Source: Tagaea sp.
GTDB taxonomy: Bacteria > Pseudomonadota > Alphaproteobacteria > CACIAM-22H2
DNA: 64,000 nucleotides
Direction of reading: 5' to 3'
NCBI GenBank assembly: GCA_965228135.1
Contig: OZ245798.1
Span: forward strand, 139,496 to 203,495
Position numbers and translations under genes: made by a program. Below the pieces are notes generated by a model, which searched no databases, had not been told where the DNA came from, and saw only the letters and a program-made list of their open reading frames with translations. This document shows, in pieces, positions 39,652-49,890 of this stretch; the stretch's first letter is position 1; each line of letters begins with the position of its first letter.

Positions 39652-40758
39652 TCAGATCGGCTTCGAGGTGATCGTGTAGGCGAAGGCGTCGGGGTCGAGG
39701 CAATCCAGACGCTCGCCGGCGAGCTCGGCCTGCGGATACATCAGGAATTCGACCTTCGGCCCCTTGGACCCGGGCAGCACGACGTCATGCGCGACGTTGT
39801 AGGCGGCCCAGTTCATTTCCCATGACCCGAACAGCGCCTTGCGCGCCGAAACGACGACCGCGTTGTCGATGGCGAGCTTGCCCGGCGGCTCTTCCAGGAT
39901 CACCTTGCGCACATCGGCGGGATCGACCGGCGTCCAGCCGAAGCCGTCGAGCCACACTTCCGCGCGGCAATGCTGGGCGCGGGTGATGTTGGCCGAACCC
40001 GCCCCCAGGCTGCGATAGCCGAAGGCCGACGGCGCCACGCGCAATCCGTAAACGTCGCGCGCGGGCAGGCCCGAAGCGCGGGCGAGGCCGACATAGAGCG
40101 CGTTGAGATCGGCGCATTTGCCGGTGAGGTCGCCGATCTCCAGCATGTTCTTGATGTTGCCGATACCGCAGCCGCGCGTCGCGGCATTGCGCGCCGTATT
40201 CTCGACGATCCATTGATAGATCGCTTCGGCCTTGGCGATATCGGTCGTCTTGCCGGCGGTGATGCGATCGGCGGTCGTCTTGACGATGCCGTCGGTCGCG
40301 ATCAACTCGGTCGCCGACAGGTTCAGCGTGCGCTCCTCGGTCGTGAGCTGCGTGACGTTCGTCGGCTTGGCGAGATCGATCGCGCGATCGCGGGTCGAGA
40401 AGCGGCTGACGACGTCCACGACCGGGGCGCGTTCCGAAGGATCCCATTCGACATGCAGGAATTCGGCACCGTATTTCGCGTCCTTCTTGACCGTCATCGC
40501 CTTGGCGTTGCCCGTCCAGCTATTGCCTTCGGGGCGGAACCAATCTTGTGCGGTGAAGGTCGGCAGCGGGATCCAGGCTTGGGCCTGGCCGTTTTTGGCG
40601 TCGATTTTCAACGCCGTCGTCATTTCGAACTTGCGCCAGGCACCCGGCTTCGGGGCGAGGGCGGCCGGGCTTTGCGCGGCGGCGAAACGCGGCGCCAGCG
40701 CGCCGGCGGCCAAAGCGGACGCGCCCATCAAAAGGCCGCGGCGATCGGTCGAGATCAT
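39652..40758 (-). CDS. Tat-exported transglutaminase-like protein
   Basis: DRRGLL Tat signal; GKCADLN, QHCRAE and VDP Cys-His-Asp triad. Confidence 0.85.
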   Translation of the reverse strand: MISTDRRGLLMGASALAAGALAPRFAAAQSPAALAPKPGAWRKFEMTTALKIDAKNGQAQAWIPLPTFTAQDWFRPEGNSWTGNAKAMTVKKDAKYGAEFLHVEWDPSERAPVVDVVSRFSTRDRAIDLAKPTNVTQLTTEERTLNLSATELIATDGIVKTTADRITAGKTTDIAKAEAIYQWIVENTARNAATRGCGIGNIKNMLEIGDLTGKCADLNALYVGLARASGLPARDVYGLRVAPSAFGYRSLGAGSANITRAQHCRAEVWLDGFGWTPVDPADVRKVILEEPPGKLAIDNAVVVSARKALFGSWEMNWAAYNVAHDVVLPGSKGPKVEFLMYPQAELAGERLDCLDPDAFAYTITSKPI

Positions 40759-40976
40759 TCTCTGACTCCCGTTGTTATGGCCCAAACGGCGACGGACATC
40801 GCGCACAGCGACGTTACGCGCCGGTCTCCCGGGCCGATGATGGATGGACCGCATTTTGGCCGTTGGGGTGCGCGCACGATCGTGCGAACACCGCGCTTAT
40901 CCGTTGGGGGCGCCCCGACACGCGGGGACCGGCGGCACAATGCTACCGATAACTCTAGGTTTCGCGTCTCGCCAAG

Positions 40977-41798
40977 TCAATGATCGTCGGACGGGAAATC
41001 GGCACCGCGGGAAGTCGCTTCCCAGCGCCGAAGCTCGTCGAGCGTATCTTTCGCATACGCCACCGCGTGGGTATGCGCGAGCGTGCCGAGCACCAAATTG
41101 GCGGGCGGAATATCCGCCGCCATTGCGGCGCGGATCGCCGCCGCCGCGCACACCGGATCGCCGGCCTGTTTGCCGTCCTTCGTACGGACGGCGTCGCGCC
41201 GCTTGCCGGCGGTACCGTCGTAAATCGGCAGGCGCCGTGCGGCTTCGACACGGCCGGTCCCCGCGATGGCGGTTCGGAACGCGCCGGGCTCGACGACCAT
41301 CACGCGGATGCCGAAGGGGCGGACTTCTTCGGCCAGCGCATCGGACATCGCGCGCAATGCAGCCTTCGTCGCGGCATAAAGGCCCGATCCCGCCGGGCCC
41401 TTGCGGGCGGTCATCGAGCCGATATTGACGATCCAGCCGCTGCCGCGCGCGCGCATATGCGGCAAGGCGGCGCGGATCAACCGCAAACTGGCGAAGAAAT
41501 TGATCTCGAACAGCCGCGCGATCTCGCTCTCGCTCGCTTCCTCGATCGCGCCGAGCAGGCCTTGGCCCGCGCAATTCACCAGCACGTCGATATCGGCCAG
41601 ATGCGGCGCCACCGCCGCGACGGCGGCGGGATCGGCGAGGTCGAGCGAGAGCCCGCGCGCCTTCGCGCCCGGCGACGGCGCCGCGCTTGCGTTACGCCCC
41701 GTGAAAATCACGCGCTCGTCATGGGCGAGGGCGGCATCGACCAAGGCGCGGCCGATGCCGCTGGTGCCGCCGGTGACGAACCACGATCGCGATGTCAT
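40977..41798 (-). CDS. SDR oxidoreductase
   Basis: TGGTSGIG, YAATK and VEPGAFRT motifs. Confidence 0.88.
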   Translation of the reverse strand: MTSRSWFVTGGTSGIGRALVDAALAHDERVIFTGRNASAAPSPGAKARGLSLDLADPAAVAAVAPHLADIDVLVNCAGQGLLGAIEEASESEIARLFEINFFASLRLIRAALPHMRARGSGWIVNIGSMTARKGPAGSGLYAATKAALRAMSDALAEEVRPFGIRVMVVEPGAFRTAIAGTGRVEAARRLPIYDGTAGKRRDAVRTKDGKQAGDPVCAAAAIRAAMAADIPPANLVLGTLAHTHAVAYAKDTLDELRRWEATSRGADFPSDDH

Positions 41799-41799
41799 G

Positions 41800-42471
41800 T
41801 CACTCGAGCCCCATCACGCGATGCATCGTATTGTCGATATGCACGCCCATCGCGTCGGCGGCGGCATGGCGGTCGCGTTTCGCGCAGGCTTCGACGATGG
41901 CGAGATGCTCGCGGATCGTCAGCGCCATGAAGCGCTCGGGCCGCACTTGGGTGCGGCGGATCAGGCGGATCTTCAACGCATTGACGCGGTAGGCGTTCTC
42001 GATCAGCGGATTGCGCAAGGAAGCGATGATCGCCGCGTGAAGCTCGCGATCCACTGCGTAATAACGCTCGCGGAACGCCGCATCGGGCTGGGGCGTCACC
42101 TCGGCCAGCACGGCTTCATGCGCGCGGCGATAGGCGGCGAGTTCGTCGTCGGTCGCACTTGTGCAAAACTCCATCACCGCACCGCATTCGACGAAGCGGC
42201 GCAGCTGGAACGCGTTGCGGATCAGCGACACGTCGACGCTCGCGACTTTGAATCCACGCTGGCGCGCCGTCTCCAACAGGCCTTCGCCGATCAATTGCGC
42301 GATCAATTCGCGCGTCGCGCGCTCCGGCAAACCGGTCAGCGCGCCGATCTCGCGCTGGCTCAGGAATTGGCCCGGCTGGATGGCACCTTCCATCAGCCCG
42401 GTCTCGAACGCGTCGTAGCCGCGCTCGCGTTGCAACGTCGGCTTTGCGGGAATATCGAGCGTCTCGCTCAT
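41800..42471 (-). CDS. GntR-family (FCD) regulator
   Basis: wHTH followed by an FCD domain (DRELH, EHLAIV). Confidence 0.85.
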   Translation of the reverse strand: MSETLDIPAKPTLQRERGYDAFETGLMEGAIQPGQFLSQREIGALTGLPERATRELIAQLIGEGLLETARQRGFKVASVDVSLIRNAFQLRRFVECGAVMEFCTSATDDELAAYRRAHEAVLAEVTPQPDAAFRERYYAVDRELHAAIIASLRNPLIENAYRVNALKIRLIRRTQVRPERFMALTIREHLAIVEACAKRDRHAAADAMGVHIDNTMHRVMGLE

Positions 42472-43310
42472 CCTTTGAGGCCTCCGGCGGCGCCATTCGA
42501 CATCATCTTGCGCTGGACGATGAAGGTGAAGATCAAGACGGGCAGCAATTGCACCGTCGCGGCGGCGAAAACCTCGCCCCAAGTCGAACGGCCTTCGCCG
42601 ATGCTGGCCAGCATGTCGGCCAGCACCACCGGAGCGGTGACCGAGCGCGCGGTCGTGAGCACCAGGGCGAACAGATAGTCGTTCCACACGAACAACGTCG
42701 TGAAGATCGCGACCGTGACGATGCCGGGCAGCAGCAGCGGCAAGGTCACGCGCCGGAACGCCTGGATGCCCGTACAGCCGTCGATCAATGCGGCTTCCTC
42801 CAACTCGCGCGGAATGCCGTCGATCATGGTTTTGAGCAGCAGCACCGACAGGCTCAATTCCATCGCGGCGTAGACGAGGATCAGGCCGAGTTTCGAATCG
42901 TCGAGGCCGATCGCGCTGAAGATCGGGAACAACGGCACGGTGATGACCAAAGGCGGCAGCATCTTCATCGCGAACAGCGACATCGCCGATCGGCCGACCC
43001 CGCCATGTTGGGGCATGCGCGAAAAGGCCCAAGCGGCGGGCAGGGAGACGGCGAGAACGAGGGCGATCGAGCCCGCCGTCACCGCCAGCGAGTTGACCAA
43101 GCCGTCGGCGAATTTCGGCCAGTTGCGGAACAGATCCGTGTAATTGCCGAGCGTGGGCTCGAAAAACACGATCGGCTTATAGGAAAAGATATCGCGCGGC
43201 AGCTTGAACGACGACACCGCGACCACGACGATCGGGAAGATCGCCAGCAGCACGAAGAAAGCGACGGTCGCGAGCTGCCAGGGCGTTGCGCGTTCGGCTT
43301 GGTCGTTCAT
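42468..43310 (-). CDS. Carbohydrate ABC permease (MalG-like)
   Basis: IPRELEEAALIDG and WNDYLFAL motifs. Confidence 0.88.
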   Translation of the reverse strand: MNDQAERATPWQLATVAFFVLLAIFPIVVVAVSSFKLPRDIFSYKPIVFFEPTLGNYTDLFRNWPKFADGLVNSLAVTAGSIALVLAVSLPAAWAFSRMPQHGGVGRSAMSLFAMKMLPPLVITVPLFPIFSAIGLDDSKLGLILVYAAMELSLSVLLLKTMIDGIPRELEEAALIDGCTGIQAFRRVTLPLLLPGIVTVAIFTTLFVWNDYLFALVLTTARSVTAPVVLADMLASIGEGRSTWGEVFAAATVQLLPVLIFTFIVQRKMMSNGAAGGLKG

Positions 43311-44194
43311 GCTGCCGCCTTCGGGGCAAAGGATTCGCGATAGAGCCGCACCATCGCCCAGGACGACACCACGGCGGTCAGCAGCAGCATCAGCCAGGCG
43401 ATCGACGCGGCGCGCCCGAATTCCCAATAGACGAAGCCGATTTTGTAGAGATGGACGGACAGGATTTCCGACGCGTCCACCGGGCCGCCTTTGGTCAGGA
43501 TCCACACCACGCCGAAGGCGCGGAAGGTGATGATGATGCGGAACACGACCGCGATCAGGAAGGCGGGCCGGATCATCGGCCAGGTGAGGTAGCGGAAGCG
43601 CTGAAACGGCGTGGCGCCGTCGATCTCGCCCGCTTCGTAGATTTCGCGCGGGAAGGCGGCGCGCACGGGGTAGAGCATCACCAGCACATGCGGCATGCCG
43701 GCCCAAAACTCGATCAGCGCCACGACGATCAACGCCGTGCCCGCTTCGGTCAGCCACGGGATGCGGCCAAGGCCCATCAGATTGGTGACGTAGTTCACCG
43801 GGCCGACATTGAAATCGAGCAGATAGGCCCAGATCGTCGCCGTAACGGCGTGGCTCATCGCGATGGGCGCGATCAAGCAGGCGATGGCAAGGCCGCGCAG
43901 CGGAATGCGGCGGATCAGCAGGCAGGCGAGCAACAAGCCGATCGCGGCTTCGAGCACCACGGCGATGGCGACGAAGATCAGCGTGCGCAACGAAGCCGCC
44001 CAGAACGACGCTGAGCCCAGCGTGCGCAGATAATTCGCCTCGGCGATCCAGCGCGGATCGCGGCCGATCGAATAATCGGTGAAGCTGAGCGCCAGCGCCA
44101 CGATCTCCGGCAATGCCACGACGGCCGCGAGCAGGGCGTAAAGCGGGGCGACCAGCGCCCAGGCGTGCAGGGCTTTGGACGGTGCTTTGATCAC
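43307..44194 (-). CDS. Carbohydrate ABC permease (MalF-like)
   Basis: YEAGEIDGA and LTKGGP motifs. Confidence 0.88.
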   Translation of the reverse strand: MIKAPSKALHAWALVAPLYALLAAVVALPEIVALALSFTDYSIGRDPRWIAEANYLRTLGSASFWAASLRTLIFVAIAVVLEAAIGLLLACLLIRRIPLRGLAIACLIAPIAMSHAVTATIWAYLLDFNVGPVNYVTNLMGLGRIPWLTEAGTALIVVALIEFWAGMPHVLVMLYPVRAAFPREIYEAGEIDGATPFQRFRYLTWPMIRPAFLIAVVFRIIITFRAFGVVWILTKGGPVDASEILSVHLYKIGFVYWEFGRAASIAWLMLLLTAVVSSWAMVRLYRESFAPKAAA

Positions 44195-46218
44195 GAGGCG
44201 GCGAGGATCAGATGGTCTTTATAGGGCCGGCCTTTGAGATCGGCAGCGGTCGGCTGCGGGACATGCGGTGCCGCAAATCGCTCGATCGGACCTTCCCAGA
44301 AACGCGTCGCGCCGTCGGCAAGGCGATAGACGATCGCCACACCGACCGAGGTGGCGAAGCAGGCGGGCTCCGACGATAGATCGGCCTTGTCCGCGATGCG
44401 GGCCAGCAACAACGCGCCGCGCTGACGGGCGAGGGCGACAAGCCCGTCCTCGACGAAGGCAAGGCGGATCGCTTCGCCATCGTTCAGCATGCAATGCGCC
44501 GCCGCCAAGCGCCGAAATCCGTCGAGCTTCGCGGCATCGGCGAAATCGGGGGCTGCGGCTTGGGCCATTTCGCCGGGCACGAATATCGCGGCGATAGTCG
44601 TCGGACTTCGCGCATCGCGCGGCGGAAGCGCTGCATCGAGCGTGCCCCAAATTCCGTCGGTCGTCTGCGCGGTCATGCGCAAATCCGCGCCCACATGAAT
44701 CGCGGCGAGCGGCGTATCGCTGGTCAGCGTGGCCCAGAATTTCCACTTCGTGCGGCGACGCAAGGCAAGCTCGATGCGCGTCGGTGTCGTCAGGCGCGCC
44801 GCGACGAAACTGCCGTCGCGTGTTTGTGCCAATGCCAAATCGCGGCGCGGCGCGTTGGCGCCTTGCGGGGCGCTGAGGGCGGGCAGGGGCAAGGCTTCAT
44901 CGCTGAAACGCAGGCAACGCAGATAATCGCCGTAATCGGCGAGGTCGAGCGATTGTTGCCCCGCGACGATGCGGTCACGCAACGTGGCCGTATCGATCTC
45001 GGTCAGCGATTTTCCGCCGCGCGCGGCCAGCGCCGCGGCGATCCCGGCGCCGAAGCCGGTCTGCGCGCACGTCGCCATGACGCGATAGGAACTCATCGCC
45101 AATTGCTCGCCGGAGACCGAGCGGCCGGGACACAGAATATTGTCCGCGCCCGCCGGGATCAGCGCCGCCAGCGGAATGTGATAGGGCTCGACCATATCGG
45201 TGATGCCGGTACCCGCGCGCTTCTCGGTATCGGTCCAGTGATAGTCGAGGTGATAGGTCCCGACCGCGATCGCGTCGTCGCGCAGCAACGACGTGCGCGC
45301 ATCGTCGTCGGTGATCGTATAGCGCCCGACGATCCGGCGGCCTTCGCGCTGCCCGATATTGCGCGAGACGGAGGCGAGTACATGCGTGTCGAGCGGCTTG
45401 CCGCCCAACGCGCCATGCCGGCCGCGATAGCCGTGCGTTTGCAGATAATAGACGAGGCCCATCATCTGGCGCCGCGCGTGGATTTCGGCCTGCGACAGGC
45501 TGAAGCCGTCGGCGGCATCGAAGCCGACGACTTTCATTTTCACTTCGACGCGCCCATCGGCGAAGCAATGCAGCGACGTCATCGGCAGGTCGTCGTCGTT
45601 GTCGAAGCGCGGACAGGAATCCGGCAGGAACGGCGTAACCGGTTTATGCGTGTCCCACAGCGTGAAATAGAGGCTCATCGGCAATTGCTTGCGCGCACCC
45701 AGATGCAGCGTTTCGAGCCCGATCATATCGGGGATCGTCGCGTTGCCGGTCGCGTCGATCACCACGCGCGGGCGCACCTCGACCAGCGAGGCGCCGCAGG
45801 AAACGAGCACCTTCTCGACATGGCCATTCGCGGCCTGCGCGTCGATCGCGCGGGCGTGGAGCCAGACTTCCACGCCCTTCTCCGTGACCATTTCCTGAAG
45901 ATAGAAAGCGCAGATCTCCAGATCATAGGCGCGGCGATCGTCGTTGGGATCGTAGGGATCGATCCGCCCGCTTTTGCGCAGCCTTGCGACCAGTTCGGCG
46001 AATAGATCGTTGACGCGCTCGCTGTCGCCGCAGAACCCGGCGACACCGCCGGCGGTGCCTTGGCCGCCCAATGCGTTGGTCGGCTCCACCAGCACGACGG
46101 AGGCGCCGTCGCGGCGCGCGGCCATTGCGGCGAAGCAGCCGGCCATGCCCCCGCCCAGGACGAGAACGTCGATCTCGCGAGTCTTCAATCCCGTCTGGGC
46201 GATTTTGTAGTCGGACAT
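44191..46218 (-). CDS. FAD-dependent oxidoreductase with C-terminal extension
   Basis: DVLVLGGGMAG, IDATG, REGRRIVG, PYHIP and SSYRVM motifs. Confidence 0.85.
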   Translation of the reverse strand: MSDYKIAQTGLKTREIDVLVLGGGMAGCFAAMAARRDGASVVLVEPTNALGGQGTAGGVAGFCGDSERVNDLFAELVARLRKSGRIDPYDPNDDRRAYDLEICAFYLQEMVTEKGVEVWLHARAIDAQAANGHVEKVLVSCGASLVEVRPRVVIDATGNATIPDMIGLETLHLGARKQLPMSLYFTLWDTHKPVTPFLPDSCPRFDNDDDLPMTSLHCFADGRVEVKMKVVGFDAADGFSLSQAEIHARRQMMGLVYYLQTHGYRGRHGALGGKPLDTHVLASVSRNIGQREGRRIVGRYTITDDDARTSLLRDDAIAVGTYHLDYHWTDTEKRAGTGITDMVEPYHIPLAALIPAGADNILCPGRSVSGEQLAMSSYRVMATCAQTGFGAGIAAALAARGGKSLTEIDTATLRDRIVAGQQSLDLADYGDYLRCLRFSDEALPLPALSAPQGANAPRRDLALAQTRDGSFVAARLTTPTRIELALRRRTKWKFWATLTSDTPLAAIHVGADLRMTAQTTDGIWGTLDAALPPRDARSPTTIAAIFVPGEMAQAAAPDFADAAKLDGFRRLAAAHCMLNDGEAIRLAFVEDGLVALARQRGALLLARIADKADLSSEPACFATSVGVAIVYRLADGATRFWEGPIERFAAPHVPQPTAADLKGRPYKDHLILAAS

Positions 46219-46238
46219 GGCGCGGCTGCTTTCGTCGA

Positions 46239-47510
46239 TCAGCGGGCGGGACGCTTCTCGGCGACGATCGCCGTGATGCGCGCTTCGGCGGTCTTCAACG
46301 CTTCGGCGATCGGCTTGCGGCCGGTGATCGCCAGCACCGTTTCTTCCGCCACCACCGCTTGGACCTGCGGCGTGCCGTCGAAAGCGGGGAAGATTTCGAC
46401 CGCGTTGGCCAGCGCCACGGCCGAGGCGGCGGCGTAGGGCGCGTCGGCCTTGAAACGCGCATCTTCCAGCGTCGAACGGCGGGCCGGGCCGTTGCCGTTG
46501 ATCGCCATCTGCACCTGGGCGGCCTTCGACGAGTAGTATTGCGTAAAGCGCCACGCGGCCGCGCGGTTCGCGGCGGGGCCATTGGCGGGCAGGGCGACGG
46601 CCCAGAACGCGACCTTCGCCGGGCCGGCAGCACCCGGGGCGCCGGGGATCGGGAAGAATCCGACCTGGCCCGCGACGCGCGAGCTGCGCGGATCGTTGAA
46701 GCGGTTGTAGTAGTTGTCGCCGAACAGCACGAAGCCCAGGAGGCCTTCGCGCATCAGGTTTTGCGTCGCGACCGTATCGGTCGTGGCGAAGTTCGGGGCC
46801 AAGCCGCCGCCATCGTAAAGCTGCTTCATCTTTTGCAGCGTCGCGGCGTTTTGCGGGCTGTTGATCAGCACGCGATAATCCTTGGTCAGCACGTCGCCGC
46901 CGAAGGCCTTGAACACCAACGTCATGTCGTCGTCGGCCGCGACTTTGATGCCGAACCCGTAGACGCTGGCGCCGTCGGCGCGCTTGCCCGCGACCTTCAG
47001 CGCGGCGTCCATCAATTCGGCGAAACTGCGCGGCTCGGCGATGCCCTTCTCGGCGAAGATCGCCTTGTTGTAGTGCACGATCTGCGGGTTGGAGCGGATC
47101 GGCAGGCCGACAAGCTGTCCTTTGAGCGTGAACATGTCGCGCATCGGCTTGAAGATGTCGTCCTTGTCGTCGATCGCGGGCGACAGGCTTTCGAGCGGCA
47201 AGAGCTTGGCGAGCGTGTCTTCGGTCGCCCAGTCGTTGATGACCATGACGACGTCGTAGGCGCCCGAGGAAGACGCCATCGCGCGCTGGAAATTCTGGCG
47301 CATCTGCGGCCAGGGCACGGTGTCCCACACGACCTTGATGCCGGTTTCCTTCTCGAACGCGACCTGAAGATTGCCTTCGGTGGCGCCGGGACGGCCGGTG
47401 AAGGCGTCCTGGTGGGCGGAGTTGGCGAAGATGCGGATGGTTTCGGCGGCCGACGCGGCGGCCGTGCCCATGGCGAACGCGAGAAGCGTCGCGGCGGCGA
47501 GATAGCGCAT
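46239..47510 (-). CDS. Sugar ABC substrate-binding protein
   Basis: Signal peptide; FEKETGIKV and YNKAIF motifs. Confidence 0.88.
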   Translation of the reverse strand: MRYLAAATLLAFAMGTAAASAAETIRIFANSAHQDAFTGRPGATEGNLQVAFEKETGIKVVWDTVPWPQMRQNFQRAMASSSGAYDVVMVINDWATEDTLAKLLPLESLSPAIDDKDDIFKPMRDMFTLKGQLVGLPIRSNPQIVHYNKAIFAEKGIAEPRSFAELMDAALKVAGKRADGASVYGFGIKVAADDDMTLVFKAFGGDVLTKDYRVLINSPQNAATLQKMKQLYDGGGLAPNFATTDTVATQNLMREGLLGFVLFGDNYYNRFNDPRSSRVAGQVGFFPIPGAPGAAGPAKVAFWAVALPANGPAANRAAAWRFTQYYSSKAAQVQMAINGNGPARRSTLEDARFKADAPYAAASAVALANAVEIFPAFDGTPQVQAVVAEETVLAITGRKPIAEALKTAEARITAIVAEKRPAR

Positions 47511-47580
47511 GGTGTTTCCCCCGTCGTTATTGGTTTGTCCGTATCGCCGATCATTTGCGAGCGGGGGCATGATGTCAAGG

Positions 47581-47592
47581 CTAACATGTTAG
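47581..47592. promoter_or_regulatory. Palindrome CTAACATGTTAG, candidate GntR/FCD operator
   Basis: Perfect 12-bp palindrome in the AT-rich region upstream of the sugar ABC operon, which encodes a GntR regulator. Confidence 0.5.
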
Positions 47593-47826
47593 TCGTGACA
47601 AATTTTATATAAGTGAATTATATCAATATGAAAATAGACTTACCTAATTCACTTTCGAGGATCGGTGTTGCGCCTCGTCGCGCGACTCTCGCGTCACAAT
47701 TCGCCACGCTTCGTTACGCCGCCATGACGGGCGGGCATGCGATGTTGCCCCCGTTCAAGTCGATGTTTTTTGTGTCCGCAGCAGAACGCTGCTTTTCAAC
47801 GGCGCTGAAGCGCCAAGGAGTGTCCG

Positions 47827-48384
47827 ATGTCCGTTTCTTCTTTGAACGGCTACAACACCTACAACCCGCTGGCGGCCGCCTTGGCCAAAAGCGGCGCATC
47901 TTCTTCCGCGACCAGCCAAGTTGCGTCCGAGGCCGATACGATCGCTAAATCGTCGAGCACGAGCGGCACGCCGCCCGATCCCAAGGCGATGCGGGCGGCG
48001 ATCGACAAGCAACTCGCGTCGGATGTGTCGTCCGGCACGATCAGCCAAGACGACGCCAACAAGATCACGGCCGCCCTCGATCAGTTCGACAGTCAGATGA
48101 AATCGGGCGGGCCACGCGGTGGCGGGCGTCCCTCGGGGCCGCCCCCGGGCGGCGGTGCCGGCGGTCCGCCGCCGGGTGGCGGGGCGGGCGGTGCGAAAGG
48201 CGCTTCGTCATCCTCGTCCAAATCGGCGATCGAGGAAATGACCGAGTTGCTCAAATCGTCATCCGACGATGAGGATGATTTGAATTCATCGACGTCGAGC
48301 ACGACAAGCTCCACGTCGTCGACCGATCTGACGAGCTATTTCGCCAATCTGTTGAAGTCCAAGAAGGTCGATTTCGCGGCCTGA
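47827..48384 (+). CDS. Hypothetical Ser/Gly/Pro-rich protein
   Basis: AAGGAG RBS; low-complexity GPPPGGG repeats; ends VDFAA. Confidence 0.7.
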   Translation: MSVSSLNGYNTYNPLAAALAKSGASSSATSQVASEADTIAKSSSTSGTPPDPKAMRAAIDKQLASDVSSGTISQDDANKITAALDQFDSQMKSGGPRGGGRPSGPPPGGGAGGPPPGGGAGGAKGASSSSSKSAIEEMTELLKSSSDDEDDLNSSTSSTTSSTSSTDLTSYFANLLKSKKVDFAA

Positions 48385-48456
48385 TGCGTCGTCCTGCGCG
48401 GCGGTGGCTTCATTGCCGCCGCCGCGCTACGATCCCGTCCGGGAGCGGAACGGGGC

Positions 48457-49353
48457 ATGATCGATAAGCTCGAATTTCTGATCGCATTGGCGCAGGAGAA
48501 GCATTTCGGCCGTGCGGCGGAGGCGAGCCGCGTGGCCCAGCCGACCTTTTCCGCCGCGATCAAGCAACTGGAAGACACGCTGGGCGTGCTGCTGGTCAAT
48601 CGCGGGGCGCGGTTCCACAGTTTCACGCCCGAAGGCGAGCGCGTGCTGGAATGGGCGCGGCGCATCGTCGGCGATTCCCGCGCCATGCGGCAGGAAATCC
48701 GCGCCCTCAAACACGGGCTCGCCGGGCATTTGAAGATCGCGGCCGTGCCCACGGCGCTGGCGATGGTCGCGTCGCTGACCACGCCGTTCCGCCAGCGCCA
48801 TCCGGATGTGACGTTCACGATCGTCTCGCGAAACTCCGTCGAGATTCTCGGCCTGCTCGAAAATCTCGAGATCGACGCGGGTCTCACCTATGTCGACAAC
48901 GAGCCGATCGGCCGCGTGCAGACCGTGCCGCTTTATCGCGAGCATTACGTGTTGCTCACCTCGGCCGATGCGCCGCTCGGCGATCGCGACAGCGTCACCT
49001 GGGCCGAAGTGGGGAAGATCCCGCTCTGCCTGCTGACGCAGGATATGCAGAACCGGCGCATCGTCGACCATATGCTGCGCGCGGCGGGCGAACCGACGCC
49101 GCCCACACTTGAGTCGAATTCGATGATCGTGCTGTTCGCCCATGTGCGCACCGGGCGCTGGGCGAGCGTGATGCCGGCGAAGCTCGCCGAGACGTTGGGT
49201 TTGACGCAAACGATCCGCGCGATCCCGATCGCCGGCGACGAAACCCATCCGACGATCGGGCTGGTTGTGCCGCATCGCGAGCCGATGACACCCCAGACGG
49301 CTGCCCTGGTGGTCGAGGCGCGCGCCTTGGCACAAACTCTGGGTGTGCCCTGA
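48457..49353 (+). CDS. LysR-family regulator upstream of the fds operon
   Basis: HTH (EKHFGRAA...QPTFSAAIKQLE). Confidence 0.9.
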   Translation: MIDKLEFLIALAQEKHFGRAAEASRVAQPTFSAAIKQLEDTLGVLLVNRGARFHSFTPEGERVLEWARRIVGDSRAMRQEIRALKHGLAGHLKIAAVPTALAMVASLTTPFRQRHPDVTFTIVSRNSVEILGLLENLEIDAGLTYVDNEPIGRVQTVPLYREHYVLLTSADAPLGDRDSVTWAEVGKIPLCLLTQDMQNRRIVDHMLRAAGEPTPPTLESNSMIVLFAHVRTGRWASVMPAKLAETLGLTQTIRAIPIAGDETHPTIGLVVPHREPMTPQTAALVVEARALAQTLGVP

Positions 49354-49358
49354 GCGGT

Positions 49359-49375
49359 GATAGGTTTTTGCTATC
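49359..49375. promoter_or_regulatory. LysR T-N11-A box upstream of fdsG
   Basis: GATAG-N7-CTATC, followed by TTGACC at 49395-49400. Confidence 0.65.
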
Positions 49376-49446
49376 GCACCATGGGATTGATTTATTGACC
49401 CTTTTCGGGCCTCGGGCGGATGATTCCCGCCTGGAGGACGCCCCGA

Positions 49447-49890
49447 ATGATCTGGGACCATGCGCGCGCCGACGCGATCATCGAAGCGCATAAGGCGTTG
49501 GACGGGGCGGCGTTGCCCATCCTCCACGCGCTGCAAAAGGAATTCGGCTATATCGACGATGCGGCGATCGAGCCGGTCGCCAAGGCGCTGAATTTGAGCC
49601 GCGCCGAAATCCACGGCGTCGTCACCTTCTATCACGATTTCCGCGCGACCAAGCCGGGCCGCCATGTGCTGCGCGTCTGCCGGGCCGAAGCTTGCCAATC
49701 GCGCGGCGCGGACGCGCTGGTCGAACATGCGAGTGCGCGCGCCAAAGGCCATGACGCGGCACTGACGCTCGAACCGGTTTTCTGCTTGGGCTTGTGCGCG
49801 ACCGCACCGGCCGCGATGCTCGACGGCGAACTCCATGGGCGCCTTACGCAAAATCGGCTCGACGCGTTGATCGACGGGTGCGTGCGATGA
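49447..49890 (+). CDS. fdsG: NAD-dependent formate dehydrogenase gamma subunit (NuoE-like)
   Basis: CRAEAC and CLGLC motifs; GGAGG RBS. Confidence 0.92.
   Translation: MIWDHARADAIIEAHKALDGAALPILHALQKEFGYIDDAAIEPVAKALNLSRAEIHGVVTFYHDFRATKPGRHVLRVCRAEACQSRGADALVEHASARAKGHDAALTLEPVFCLGLCATAPAAMLDGELHGRLTQNRLDALIDGCVR

Noticed and set aside
48106-48195. GC-rich tandem repeats as CRISPR or a mobile repeat
   Set aside because: They encode the Gly/Pro repeats of the ORF; no spacer-repeat periodicity and no cas genes.
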